From the human T2T-CHM13v2.0 reference genome, Homo sapiens, in NCBI RefSeq assembly GCF_009914755.1, contig NC_060935.1: DNA of 64,000 bases; one strand, given 5' to 3'. Under the pieces are notes generated by a model. That model worked only from the letters and a program-made list of their open reading frames with translations, had not been told where the DNA came from and searched no databases. The translations under genes and the position numbers were made by a program. Positions 44,700 through 62,626 of the stretch are shown here, piece by piece. Positions within the stretch are counted from its first letter, which is position 1. Every line of letters begins with the position of its first letter.

Positions 44700-45324
44700 G
44701 TTGGCCAAGGTGTCATCCACCTGACAATTTACTTAACGTAATTTCCCTCCTTTTTCTTTCTTTCTTTTCTTTTTTTTTAGATGGAGTCTCGCTCTGTCGC
44801 CCAGGCTAGAATGCAGTGGTGCAGCTCACTGCAGCTTCAAACTCCTGGGCTCAAGGGATCCTCCCACCTCAGCCTCCCAAATAGCTGGGATTACAGGCAC
44901 CTGACACCATGCCTGGCTACTCTTTCTTAATTGATGTTTTAAAATGCAAATACATTTATTTTGAGAAGAAACTTTATATATCACTCCCTTAAATGGAAAG
45001 CCATTCATTATAAATCACCATCATGATTATAATGGTGAAAATAAACATAATGGAAATAAAACAATGTTACTAAATTCTAGCCAGATGCATTTGCTGCTTT
45101 CCCTTTCCTCAAAAGGGAGGGCTGTAGATGTCAGAGAGACTTTAAAGACTAACCCCATGGGAGATTTCCTCCTCCAAGTCTGTAATTAGAAAGGCTGAAA
45201 GGGAAATAAAGAGTATGCATAACTTCCTCATCATGTAATATAGTGGTATATAATGCCAAGTCAATGACCACCTAAATCAATTTTGCATAGTTTTGTGTAT
45301 GTGCCCTAGACTTTGAAAACACTG
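44700..45324 (+). mobile_element. MER113-like DNA transposon, copy 2, with an Alu monomer (44750-44920 -)
   Basis: gaaactttatatcactcccttaaatggaaagcc...aaaacaatgttactaaattctagccagat...accacctaaatc...ctttgaaaacactg. Confidence 0.7.
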
Positions 45325-46525
45325 ATCCAGAGAAAGGACAAAGGGGGTGGGCATGGTGTCCCCTGACAAGACTGAGCCTGGGGACGCTGACTGCTCTGCA
45401 GCCTGGGGTTACGTCCTACACACGAGACCCCCATTTCAGGGGCTCCCCAGTACCCTGAGAAGTCCCTGGATTTTCCCAGTGAGCCCTGAGGTTGGGGGGC
45501 ACCCGAGTTCACCTCCCTTGATTCCGCTCTGGGAATCTAGGCCCCTGCAGCCTGGGGAGGAGAAGGAACCTTGAGGAGGGGTGAGGTGGGTGTGGACTTT
45601 GAGAACTAGCTCTGGTCCTAACTTGCTGGGGAATCTTGGTCAAGTTCCTTCCTTTCTCTGGCCCTAGTTTCCTTTCTGGAAAACTGGGTAAATTGAACAC
45701 TAAGGACCCAGCCTAAACATGCTTGTACTTTATGTATGTTCCTTGAGGCTTTACAGGTTATGGAGCAGGGCATCTGGCTGTACGCAGCAGAGACCCAGCC
45801 ACTAGACACTTAGCCCTAGGAAGGGCACTGTATCAACCCCAGCCGGCATCCTGTCGTATAGAATCATGGACCCCGGAGTCAGGCAGACGCGGGTTCTGAA
45901 TTGCATCTCTGCATGGCCCCAGGGTGGTTTCTTTGCCTGCATGCTAGAGATAAAAATCCCCAACTCACCAAAGTGTACAAGTTAATGTAGATGATGCATC
46001 TGAAAATAGCCGAACAAAATGCAGTGCTCAGAAATGTTAGCTTATAAATGCTCTACAGCAAGACCAAAGATAATCCCTTGCCTATGTGAATACAGGACTC
46101 GGTGGTTAACATAGTGCTGTTTGCACAATGAGCTCCATCACCCACATGGTGACCTCATTTTATAGATGAGGAAACTGAGGTTTAGCGAGGCTAAGAGACT
46201 TGTCAGGACCTGAGCTTGGGTCTCCCAGCCAGCAGGCTGGTGCTTTTTCCATTGTGTGGGAGTTGCCTGGCTTGTTTCCAGCCAGCTGTCCTGTGGGCTC
46301 TATTCTAGCATAGGGTTTCTCCCCTAAATGCAAACTCCTAGCCTTGCAGCCTCACCACTGAATCTAGGAACAGCCCTGAGGGACCTCTGAGGTCCTAGGG
46401 ACCCTGGAAGTCTTCTTAGCAACAGATGGGGTCAAGTGTGGCTGCCTCCCTCATCATGGCATGCCCTCATGGGGTTTGCCTGGGGGTTGCCCTGCACCTT
46501 GGGGCCAGCAGGAAGGCAAAATTAA

Positions 46526-46895
<370 letters not shown>

Positions 46896-47370
46896 TAGGC
46901 TCCATATTTTCATATTCATTCAGTACCTGCTGAGTACCAGGCCCTGTGCTGGCACTGCCATAGGACATGAAGGTTTGCCCTTGAACAGTTTATAGTGTTG
47001 TGGTAAGACACACCAGCACCACCCCGGGATAGGTGTGGCAACAGGCACAATCCAGTGACAGCTGCAACCACCACCCATTACCAGGGACTTAATATTCTCC
47101 AAGCACCAGCTATGCATATGCTGTTCCACCCTGACAACACCAGGACAATCACCCCTTTTTTATGGGTGGAGAAACTGAGGCTCAGAAAGTTATGTATTTT
47201 GTCCCAGGTTGGTGGCTAATGCTGAATTTAAATCCATGTCATGATATGTCACCACTGGGGGAAGCTGACTGATGGGTACACAGGATTTCTCTTCACTATT
47301 TTGGCAACTTCTTATGAGTCCATAGTTTGAAAATAAGAAGTTAAGGGGGAAAAAAGGATTTCAGCCCTTT

Positions 47371-47990
47371 CTGGTGGCTCACACCTGTAATTCAGCACGT
47401 TGGGAGGCCGAAGTCCAAGAGTTCCAGACCAGCATAGGCAACATAGTGTGACCCCCACGTTTACAAAAAATTAAAAAGTTAGCCGGATGTGAGATTCATG
47501 CCTGTAGTCCCAGCTACTCGGGAGGCTGAGGCAGAGAATGACTTGAGCCCAGGAGGTTGAGGCTGCAGTGAGCCATGATCTCACCACTGCACTCCAGCCT
47601 GGACAACGGAGCAAGACCTTGTCTCAAAAAAGAAAAAAAAAAGTATTTCAGAAAGAAGGACCCATTTGAAGGCAGGGTGCAGTGGCTCACGCCTGTAATC
47701 CCAACACTTTGGGAGGTCAAGTAGGGCGGATCACTTGAGGTCAGGAGTCCGAGACCAGCCTGGCCAATATGGCGAAACCCCGTCCCTAGTAAAGAAATAC
47801 AAAAATTAGCCGGGTGTGGTTCGGGGGATGGGGGGCACCTGTAATCCCAGCTACCCGCAAGGCTGAGGGAAGAGAATCGCTTGAAACCGGGAGGCGGAAG
47901 TTACAGTGACCCAAGATCGCACCACTGCACTTCAGCCTATGCAACAGAGTGAGACTCTGTTTCAAAATAATTAATTAATTAATTAAATTG
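47371..47990 (+). mobile_element. Two tandem Alus (AluJ-like 47371-47642, AluS-like 47670-47990)
   Basis: Two dimers; the second is flanked by gacccatttga. Confidence 0.9.
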
Positions 47991-49173
47991 AAAGAAAGAC
48001 CCATTTGAGCAGAAACCTGGAGGTGGGACAGCCTACGAGGGCCCGGCTGAGGGGAGGTGCTGACCAGCCAGTCCGGCTGGTCCTGTTGGGTCATGTTGGG
48101 TAGGCAGGACTGAAATTCCCAAAGGAGCTGAGGTCCAGGCTCTTTTCTGCCTCCTGACCCAGACTGGTGTGCCATGAGGATTCAATGAGCGCCAAGCACA
48201 GGGACTGGCCCACGGAAGGTGCGCCACAAAATGTACATTTACAAGTGTTAGGCAGGCAGTACAAGGATCACGTCCTCCAGTGCAGCACTCTGCAAATACG
48301 TAAACCTGCCTTCTCCTCGTCACAGCCCTAAGGAGGTATGCGCTACTATTTAATACTTCCATTTTACTGAGTAAGTGACAGGCTCAGAGAGATAAAGTGA
48401 CTTTTCCTAGATCGCACCACTAATAGATGACAGATACTTGGTTTTACCTCATGACTCCAAATCCGTTGCTTTTTCCCAGCCCTGGAATTGGGTAGGGTTT
48501 GGGCCGGGGACCCCTCCCCACTCAAGACTCCTGCAGGAAAGGTCCGCCCTTCCCCCAGGGACTTTTCACCTCACCCACCATCAGCTGGGCTGTCATGGAA
48601 CTTTATGGAGCCTGAGCTCTCCTCCTTCAGGCTGAGTGGCCATGCCCAGCCTTCGTTTCCCCGGCTGTAAAGCAGGGCCAACGGGAGCTCAGAGCTGTGT
48701 GGGGCTCCCCAGATGTTGGCGGTGACATGCTTGGAGAAATGCCAGGCTCCTTAGGGTGTTAGGAGAGACCTGTGGCCACAGCTGCTGCTCCGACTGGGAC
48801 CGGGCAGGCGCTCCCAGGGACAACAGAGGGAGGCAGAGGGAAGCCCAGGTTCCCACCCTCCATTTTGTAGGCTCCTGCAGCCCGAACGCCTTCTGCCTGA
48901 AAATGGCGGCTGAGAGAGGCCAGGAGGCAGGATGCAGGGCTGAGGAGGAAGCTCCGGGGCTGGGTCTCTGGTCCCTGGGAGATGCTGAGAGATAGGGAGA
49001 TGGCCCTGTCATAGGAATGTGGTCCCCTGTTTTCCCTTGTATGGAAGGGTGCCCCTGGGTCTCCACCGTGTGCTAGGGGGTGGGGGCACACTCAAAAGTC
49101 CGGCCAATAAGTGTCCAGGCCACCCCCAATCTCCATCAGGACCCTGAGCTGGGCTGAGGTCTCCGGGAGGTGC

Positions 49174-49323
49174 CAGCAGATGCCAGGGTGGCGGGGGGGG
49201 GGGTTCTGTGCATGGGGCTGGGGACAGCAGATGCCCGGGTGGGGGGCGGTCTGTGCATGGGGCTGGGGACAGCAGATGCCCGAGTTGGCGGGGGGGGGGG
49301 GGTCTGTGCATGGGGCTGGGGAC
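49174..49323. repeat. G-rich minisatellite, 3 units of about 45-54 bp
   Basis: cagcagatgcc..gggtgg(c)G-run..tctgtgcatggggctgggga repeated at 49174, 49225 and 49270. Confidence 0.92.
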
Positions 49324-50194
49324 CAGGGTCATGTGGGGACACAGGCTGTAAGAGTGACGAGGGGCCTTGGGGCTAGGGGCTTCTTGGGGGTCCCATCTGA
49401 GGACCTCACTTCTGACTTGGAGTCATGTACTGAGCCCTGTGGCAGGGAGAAGGCAGAAATGAAGTCACTGTGTCCTCGGAGTCAGATGCAAAGCCAAGCG
49501 TGACTCTGTTCATTTTACAGAAGGACAGACTGAAGCCCAAGAGCTTAAGTAACGCCGCCAGTGGCTGACAGAGCTGGGAGCAGAGTCACTTCTGGTCACT
49601 GGGGTTTGGAGGGAGGATGTTTATCTGCACTTCAGTACCCTTTTTGCTAGGGTGTTCACCTCTTTCAGGAGGGGTGCCTGGGAGCAGGCGGGCGCGGGGA
49701 GACAGAGCTGAGGAAGCCCCCCAGGCCTGGAGGAGGCCCGTTCCCCACTCCACTTGGTGTGCTCTCGTTTTGCCTCCCTCCCTCCTTCAACCAAACTAAA
49801 GGATGCACAGTTGCCAAATGGATTCAGCTCCTTGGAGAAATATGTTGCTTTGCCGGGATGGGATTCTAGAAGTATGACAATGTCTGAGCTGGAAGAAACC
49901 CCAGCGAGCTGCCAGCCATCTCCTGTTTGTCAGAGGAGGAAAGCAAGGTGCGAAGTGGGGAACGACATGCCCCAGGGTCTTGGAGCAGGGCTGAGAAGCC
50001 CAGTCTTTCCAGGGCCTCTTCCCACGCTGCCCAGCAGGGCATGGCGGGGCCTGTGTGAACCAGGCACAGGCTTAACTAACTCCCCACCCCCACCCCTAGA
50101 GAGAATGCGGGGGACTGCTATGGCCCAGTGTGGCCTGACATGGTCTGACATGAACACAGGTGACCCTGGGCAGTGACATGCTGGCTTCATGTAG

Positions 50195-51470
<1,276 letters not shown>

Positions 51471-51674
51471 TGACTCGGCTCTCTTTGCTGCCTCCGTGGG
51501 AGGGAGGCAGGTGGCTCAGTGCATGGCAGGCTGGTACTAATGAGGCCAAGGTTTGAGCTCCCTTTCCACTGTGCCTCTGGTGGCTGCTGTCTTGCCCCGC
51601 CTCGGATATTGGAGTCTGGGTCAGCACCTCTCCACCTTAGGGCTAGTTCTCCCTCCATCTTTACAATTTTGCCA

Positions 51675-52150
51675 TTCATTTGTTGAGCTACTAGTATGTA
51701 TTAGGCACTTTTTTTCAGCCACTGAGGATACGGGACAAAGTCCCGGTCTTCAAGAAGCTTCTATTCTAATAGGGAAAATAGACCAAAAACATAAACACAT
51801 TTTTAAAATAGTATCATTTCAGAGAGGGATATGTGCACCAAGGGAAATCAGGCAAAGTAAGGGGACTGAGAGCGGTTGCACTGGAGACACAGGCAGAACC
51901 TCGGAGGGGATATAGACCTGAGTGATGAGATGAGCTGGGAATGCTGAGATCAGGGAGAGGACATTCCCGTCAGGGGGAGGAGCAGGGGCGGAGGCCCTGA
52001 GGCAGGAATGAGATTGATTTCAGACTGATGGAGGAGTGAAGGAGATGGAGTTGGAGAGGCTGGCAGGGCTTGAGGGCATAGATAATAGGGTTTGGAATTA
52101 ATCCAAGGGAAATGGGAGCTCATCAGAGAGTTTTAGGTGTAGAAGGATGT
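51675..52150 (-). mobile_element. L2 fragment
   Basis: cattcatttgttgagctactagtatgtattaggcact...aaggccctgaggcaggaatgag-like phrases. Confidence 0.7.
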
Positions 52151-52164
52151 GATTTCATTTGCCC

Positions 52165-53145
<981 letters not shown>

Positions 53146-53943
53146 GCTAACTGGTGGAAGGATTTGACAGGCCCAGCCCACCCATTTAACCATGGAGAAA
53201 CTGAGGCCTTGGAACGGGGCAAGGACTTACCCAAGGTCCTGGTAATAGCTGCTCTCCATTCTACTCACCCTCGGTATCACTCCCACCCAATGCTAGCTGA
53301 AAATTCAGATGTGATGTAAACATTAGTCATCCTTATTGTAAAAACGTTATAACAACCACATTAGAAGGAATGCAAAGAGAGAAAAGAAGTCTCAGCCAGC
53401 ACCTTCACACAACCCGGCTGTTTGTTCTTGAAGGAGGAAGTTTTTGAGTCTGTGGAGCGTCATGGGCCTTCAGTCTCACCAGCAGGAAGGTGGGTGGCTG
53501 ATGGGTGCCGGGCTGGTGTTGATCCACACTTGTCAGGTGGCTCTGAGACCAGCCTTGACTCCAGGCTCCACCACTTCCGCCATGACCTTGGGCAAGTTCC
53601 CAAAGCTCTCTGAGGTAAAATGGGTGTGGCCATGTCACTCTTCAGCTTTTGCGCTCTAGGTAGATGCTAAAGCCTTCCCTGAAGATCTCTATGGAACTTT
53701 TAGTCACCTGCATCTGTGGGGGCTGCCTCAGCCCTAACCATGTCAACATAGTGTTGAAATTCAGTTCCGAGAAACACTTGTGGGTTTGTAGACTCTATGG
53801 CATCTGGAAGTGAAAGAGGGACACATCTCTCCCTCTTACGGGTTCCTTCCCCCGCTCTCAACGCCCCTAATCCAGAATGCCCTAGAAGCTCTTCTCAGCT
53901 CCCACCTTCTGCCCCGGAGGCAGCTTTTGTTGCAGGTACACCT

Positions 53944-54675
53944 GTGGTTTAGTTTACTAGAGTTGCTGCAACAAACTGAGTGGCCAGGGCAACAGAAATG
54001 TATTGTCTCTCCCTGGCGCCGTGGCGCACAGCTGTAATCCCTGCACTTTGGGAGGCTGAGGCGGGCAGATCACCTGAGGTCAGGAGTTCAAGACCAGCCT
54101 GGCCAACGTGGTGAAACCCCGTCTCTACTAAAAATACAAAAACTAGTTGGGTGAGGTGGCACGCGCCTGTAATCCCGGCTACTCAGGAGGCTCAGGCAAG
54201 GGAATCGCTTGAACCTGGGAGGCAGAGGTTGCAGTGAGCCGAGATGGCACCACAGTGCGAGACTCCATCTCAAAAAAACAAAAACAAAAACAAAAAAACC
54301 AGAAATGTATTGTCTCACAGTTCTGGAGGCTCAAAGTCCAAGATCAAAGAGTCAGTGGGACTGGTTCCTTCTGAGAAGCTGTTCTCTTCTGAGCTTCTGG
54401 TGGCTTGCTGGCAATCTTGGGCATTTCTTGACTTATAGAAACATTGCCCCAATCTCCGCCTTATCTTAAAATGGTGTTCTTATGTGCATGTGCCTGTGTC
54501 CAAATTTCCCACTTCTGTGAGGACAACAGTCATATTGAATTGGGGCCTGCCCTGATGGCCTCATGCTAACTTGATTGCCCCTATAAAGACCCTATTTCCA
54601 AATAAGCTCACATTCTGGGGTACTGGAAATTAGGACTGTTTTAAGAGGAGGGGAACAATTCAACAACTCGTAGCA
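53944..54675 (-). mobile_element. MLT1-family LTR interrupted by an Alu (54010-54298 +)
   Basis: aacagaaatgtattgtctcacagttctggaggct..aagtccaagatcaa..; Alu TSD agaaatgtattgtctc. Confidence 0.85.
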
Positions 54676-54676
54676 A

Positions 54677-54756
54677 TGTATGTAGTGTGTATAGGGTGTG
54701 TGTGTAGGGTGTGTGTGTGTGTACATGTATGTATGTGTGTGTGGTGTGTGTGTATG
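54677..54756. repeat. Imperfect (TG)n microsatellite
   Basis: Interrupted GT runs. Confidence 0.9.
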
Positions 54757-57319
54757 GTGGGGGGGTATGGAGAAAGAGGTGGGTCACTGCCCTACTTAAT
54801 CTCTCCTCCTAGCCCACTCATCCTCTGGAGAGATGCAAGTTAGATATCTCAGGTTATTTGGCAAAGGCCTGGAAAGAGGTATCTTTCCATCGATTTCTTA
54901 CCCCTGAGAACTCCTACTCATCCTCTAAAACCCTTCCCAATTGTTCCCTGTTTCTTGGAGTCAGTTATTCCCTCCTAACTCTGTTTTTTTTCCAGAGTAC
55001 TTAGTTCCAAGCCCAAGGATAGCATTTATAACTGATCGTAATCAACCACGAGTGCATCTGTATCCTCCACCAGGGCATGGGGCCTGGCCCAGAGCCTAGC
55101 TGAGAGAATGGAATGAATGAGTGGCATCTCCCTGACCAAGGGTTAAGATAGATGGGAACTCAGAAGGACTTTGAGCCACCTCAGAAGCATCCTGTAAGTG
55201 ACTTGTGAAGAGGAGTAGGGGACAGCCGTGTGGGCTGAGAGCTGAGAGTGTGAGATCAGATTAGAGAGACTGGAAGTCTGGCTCCGCCTCTTAGTAACTG
55301 TGGCCTTGGGCAAGTCATTTCATGCTGCGGAGCCTCAGTTTTCTCATCTGGAACACTGAGCCTTCACAGGCTCCTCATGGAGATGAATAAGACGGTGCGT
55401 GCTGTATACATAAAGCTGGGGCACACAGTGGGCATTCAGATGTTACCTTCCTTCCAAGGAACCCATATTTTTTTCCTGAATTTGAATTCCTGAATCCACT
55501 GGCACTCTGAGCCACGTAGATCCACATGGCCATTGGCCGCTGTCAGCCCCCAGCTGTTAAGGACGCAAGGTGGCCACAAAGCATTAGTCTGAACATCCCT
55601 GGTGCCTCCCCCAGGTTCTCTTTGAATCTGGATTTATTTAAAGAGAGGAGGTGAGTGGTAGGTGAGGAGGGGGCTGTTGTTAGGACATGGATGGGCACAG
55701 GACATGTGTCTGGTGAGCGTAGCTGCCAGGGCCGGTCCCTGACACCCCAAGGAGACTTTCTGGTCCCAGCCCAGCCTACACTCCCACCTGCTCTGGAGAG
55801 GCTGTGTTTCCTTCCAAGGATGGATGCTGATGATGTCTGATGGCTTCTGGATGTCTGATCTCAAGGGGGCCTTCTCTTAGGGGGCTTTAGGCCACCCTGG
55901 AAAGGTCTCAGCATCACCCCTTGGAGCGGGGAGGATTTTCACCCCTTGCCCACACACAAGCTAAAACTGCTTCTGCTGCAGCTCTGGGAGACCTAGAACC
56001 AGGGCCCCTCCTGAGAGCCAGTGGGTGGGGGCAGGCCCCCTGGAAAATCGCTGAGAGCTCAGCAGTTTCAGCCTTCACTCCCCTCCTCACTCCCCTCCTC
56101 CAGCCTGCAGAAACCTAGCCCAGCCTTTGCACAGAGGGTCTTGCTCTGGGGAATTCTATTCTTGAATTTAATACCTTGAGTGTCTAGCCTGGCCCACCAG
56201 CTTCTGTCCCACCTCCAGGTGTTTGCTCGAGCTGTGCCCTCTCCCTAGAATGCCTTCTTAACTCTTGCTACTTGTTGAGGGTGCCTGAAGAGTAGAAAGA
56301 GTGAATCTGGGGAACAAATTCAAATTTGGATTTGAATTCTGGCTCTATCAATGCCAGGCTATGTGACCGTGGGCTAGGAACTTAATTTCCCTGAGCCTCT
56401 TTGTAAAATGGGTTTCATAATAGTGTCTCCTCACAAGGTAGCCATGAGGCAACGTCTGTAAAGCACTCAGCACAGAGGAAGCACTCGGCACAGAGGAAGT
56501 CCTCGGGAAATGTGGATCTGCTTCCCTTGCCTCAGCGAAATGCTCCTTGACTTTGAAGTCCTGGCCCAAAGGGCACCTCCCCGGCAATACCTTCCTGGAC
56601 TCACTCACCAGCCCCACCACTTGCAGAGCAGCCCTGTCCCTCCTCCAGGTTCCTCAAGCATGTCTCCTGCCTCTGCACCTACCTCAGAGAGACAACATTC
56701 GAGTCAGCTCTTAACATCTGGCCTCCAGGCTGGACCACGGGCTCTATTACCTTTACTTTCCACGGCAGAGCGCAGCATGGCTCAAGAAATGCTGCGGGAG
56801 GTGAAGTGAGTTCTAGGGACTTCCATTAATAATAAGAGTAACTAGAATTTGTTGAGCATTCACAGCACACCCTGAGGTGTTTATCAGAGCCCAGGAAACC
56901 CTCTTTCTGGGTTCAAATCCCTGCTCTGCCTCTTAGGGGCTCTATTGTCCCAGAAAGTTCCTTGTCTCTTGAATCCTACATTTCCCCGCCTGCACGATAG
57001 TGATAATAACAGTGCTTACTTCTGAGCATTGTTAAGGAGATTCAAGAATTTAAAACTATAAAAACCCATGGCTTTCTTACCCAGAGAAGGGCAGAAAAAT
57101 CGTTGGCAGGGTGCATTGATATGACTCGGACAATTTACAAAGGTTTTTCATATATGCTTTTATTTTAAAATTTTTTTGTTTTTATTTTGTTTTATTTTAT
57201 TTTACTAAAATTTTATTTAGTAAAAATAGTACAGAATTTAGAAAATACAAAAACAGAAAAATTTAAAAATTTATCAATAGCTACCTTCAAAGATAACTGT
57301 TGTTACTAGCCTCTTGTAG

Positions 57320-57689
<370 letters not shown>

Positions 57690-58276
57690 TGAGAATGTTT
57701 TAATGAACCCAATGCGTCCTCACCACCCAGACTTAGAAAATGTTTACACTTTTGCCGTATTTGCTCAGATCTATATTAATAAGAAAGAAAACCATACAGA
57801 TACTGTTGAAATAATTCTTATCCTTTCCTCCCTAGAACACACACTCCAAAGTGTGGTGTGTGTACCCTTTTCTCCCACATTTTTATACTCCTATTACACA
57901 AAAAGTGTCTCCATACACAATGGATGGTATTGAGACATGTACTATATTTTATATAAATTGTACCCTACTGGACATATTGTTCTGAAACTTATTATACTTT
58001 TCTCCTTGTTTTCAAAATCTAACCAAGTGGATAGATATGCATCTAGTTCATTCCTGCAATGGAATAATCCAGCCTATGATACAATACAGTCTGTTTATTT
58101 CCAGCTGATGGATGGTTAGAGTACTTCTAATTTTCTTCTGTTACAAACAGTTCCGCAGAAAGTATCCCTGCACACATCTGCATGTGAACAATTTTTTCTA
58201 TAATTTATACAAAAGGGTATAGCTTTCAGATCAAGGTATGAGCCTCTTGAAATCTATGAGGTATCATCAGCCATTT

Positions 58277-58618
58277 CCTTTTCTTTCTTTCTTTCTTTTC
58301 TTTTCTTTTTCTTTCTTTTTTTTTTTTTTTTTTTGAGACGGAGTTTCACTCTTGTTGTCCAGGCTGGAGTGCAATGGCTAAATCTCGGCTCACCGCAACC
58401 TCCACCTCCTGGGTTCAAGCGATTCTCCTGCCTCAGCCTCTCGAGTAGCTAGGATTGCAGGCATGCGCCACCATGCCTGGCTAATTGTTTTGTATTTTTA
58501 GTAGAGACAGGGCTTCTCCATGTTGGTCAGGCTGATCTTGAACTCCCAACCTCAGGTGATACACCCGCCTCAGCCTCCCAAAGTGCTGTGATTACAGGCG
58601 TGAGCCCCGCGTTTGGCC
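58277..58618 (-). mobile_element. Alu (AluSp-like)
   Basis: Dimer; TSD tcatcagccattt. Confidence 0.93.
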
Positions 58619-58834
58619 TCATCAGCCATTTTTCTCTGCACAATATCCATAAGGCTATGATCATCCTGAATATGTTGTTTTTCATCTGTTTTTTCCATCT
58701 ACGATACATATATGCACACATGTTCATCTTTCACGTATTTGCAGGTATAGTCATTGATTCCACAAGATCTTGGGCATTTGCCATGGGCCAGGTATTGGGG
58801 GTTTTTATGGTAATCTTTCCTTAGCCCTGTGAGG

Positions 58835-59490
58835 TTTTTGTTTCGTTTTCATTTTAGAGGTGGAATCTCACCCTGTTGCCCAGGCTGGAGTGCAGTGATG
58901 ATCATAGCTTACTGCAACCTCGAACTCCTGGGCTCAAGTGATCCTCCTGCCTCAGCCTCCTCAGTAGCTAGAATTACAAGCATGTGTCCAGCTAATTTAC
59001 TTATTTATTTATTCATATATATCTATATATATGTATATATATATGTATATATATCTATAGAGAGAGAGACAAAGGATCTCACTCTGTTGCCCAGGCTGGA
59101 GTGCAGTGGCACCATCTTGGCTCACTGCAGCCTCAAACTCCTCGGCCCAAGTGATCCAACCTCAGCCTCTCGACTAGCTGGGACCACAGGTGCACACCAC
59201 CATGTCCAGCTAATTTTTTGAATTTTGGTAGAGACAAGGTTTTGCCTTGTTGCTTAAGCTGGTCTCAAATTCCTGCGCTCAAGCAATCCACCCACCTTGG
59301 CCTCCCAAAGTGCTGGGATTACAGCGTGAGCCACAGCACCCAGCCTCATTTTTTTATTTTTAAATTTATTTTGTAGAGATAGGGTCTCACTGTGTTGCCC
59401 AGGCTGTTCTCAAACTCCTGGCCTCAAGCAATCCTCCTGCCTCAGCCACTGAAAGTGCTGGGATTACAAGTGTGAACCACTGTGCCCAGC
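58835..59490 (-). mobile_element. Nested AluJ cluster with a (TA)n/(GA)n tract
   Basis: Right arm 58835-59010, full Alu 59070-59345, left arm 59350-59490. Confidence 0.85.
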
Positions 59491-59681
59491 TTGTGAGGCT
59501 TTTTTTTTATATATATAACTATGAGGTGAGGGAGGCAAGGGGGGCATGTGAAGAGATTCGCCCAGGGTCACACTATAGTAAGGAGGAAGCTGGGTTTCTA
59601 ACCCAGGCATGTTTAATTTCAATCCAGTGTTCTTTCTGATGCCTATGATGTGGTAGATGGTTTTTTCCCAACCAAGACCTA

Positions 59682-60083
<402 letters not shown>

Positions 60084-60942
60084 CTAAAGTCTGGCGGGGG
60101 ATCAAGAAGATGGGGCTGGTGACATGCCAGTGTTTCTGGCCTGCTGTGCTCTCTTGGAGCCAAATCCCTACTCTTATCCCTTGGGATTTTACTGAGCTGC
60201 TTGCAACCCTCCATGGGACCTTCTTATTTTACCACCTGGTAGCTGGAAAGAAGGCACGGTCTGGCACGGGAGCCTGAGCCAGCCTTGGAGCCAGGACCCC
60301 AGGAGACTTTTCTTTTAGAGGAACTCCTGTTACCACAGCAACTACAGCCCACATCTCCTCCCTAGGAACACTGGATGTTTGCAGAGCCGGGGAAGGGTGC
60401 AGCCAAGTTGAGAGTCTGCAGCAGCTCAGATAAGGTTCACAAGAAAGGCGAGGAGTGAGGAGGAGAGAATGCAGCCTTCAGAGAACCAGAATCACCCCCT
60501 TGCAGAAAAGAAGGCTAAGGAGCTGTCAGAGTCATCTTTCTGCCTGGTATGGAATGTAGAATCAATAGCCAGCTGCCGTCCCATAGCTACCAAGGGCCAA
60601 ACGAGAGAAAAGGGATGAAAGCCTCAGGTTGGAGGATAATAACAACAACAGCTACCATATACCGCGTCCTAAGCGTTTTACGAAGATCACCCACCCGTTG
60701 CACTCTTCTTCTGTTTGGCTCATTTATCATGCCCAGTGCCAGGTTAAAGATGAAACCTAGCTGGGCTCAGTGACTTTCCCTAGGTCACACAGCCAGTAAT
60801 CAGCAGAGATGGGTTTAGATCACTGTTCTATCTGTCCCCAGAGTCCCTGTCTAAGTCATGAAAGACGAATTTCCCGAGAATGGAGGCTGTTTCCCAGATG
60901 AATTGGTGCCTGGGATCTCCTGCTCCCTCGATCATCCCGCTC

Positions 60943-61998
<1,056 letters not shown>

Positions 61999-62309
61999 AC
62001 ATGTAAAATAATACCAAAGCACCAAACTGCTGACTTTCCTCTGGGCGCCAGGGGAGAGAAGTCACTCTAGCCTTCCTGGCCTTGGAGAGCCAAGTGGGTA
62101 TAAGCTGGTCTAGTCACAGCAGCCAGTCACCTCTGCAGGCTAGGACAGCACTGTGTGACTGAGCCTGTGACAGCTTCAGTTTCTTGACAAAGTAAACTCA
62201 GCCCAACCGGGTGTCACAGGCTCTTCAAGTCCAAGTCCCCTCAAAGGTTGAACACATTTATCCCCTCCCAATTGAATTATATTACTTGTATGAGCCAGCG
62301 CATGCGTCT

Positions 62310-62626
62310 TCTTTTTTTTCTTTTTCTTTCTTTCTTTTTTTTTTTGAAATGAAGTCTTGCTCTGTCACCCAGCCTAGAATGCAGTGCTGCAATCTCAGCA
62401 CACTGCAACCTCCCCCTCCCGGATTCAAGCGATTCTCCTACCTCAGCCTCCTGAGTAGCTGGGACTACAGGCATGCACTACCACATCCAGCTAATTTTTG
62501 TATTTTTAGTAGAGGCTGGATTTCGCCATGTTGGCCAGGCTGATCTCGAACTCCCGACCTCAGCTAGTCCACCCACCTCAGCCTCTCAAAGTGCTGGGAT
62601 TACAGATGTGAGCCACCAGGCCCAGC
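62310..62626 (-). mobile_element. Alu
   Basis: Reverse-complement dimer. Confidence 0.92.
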
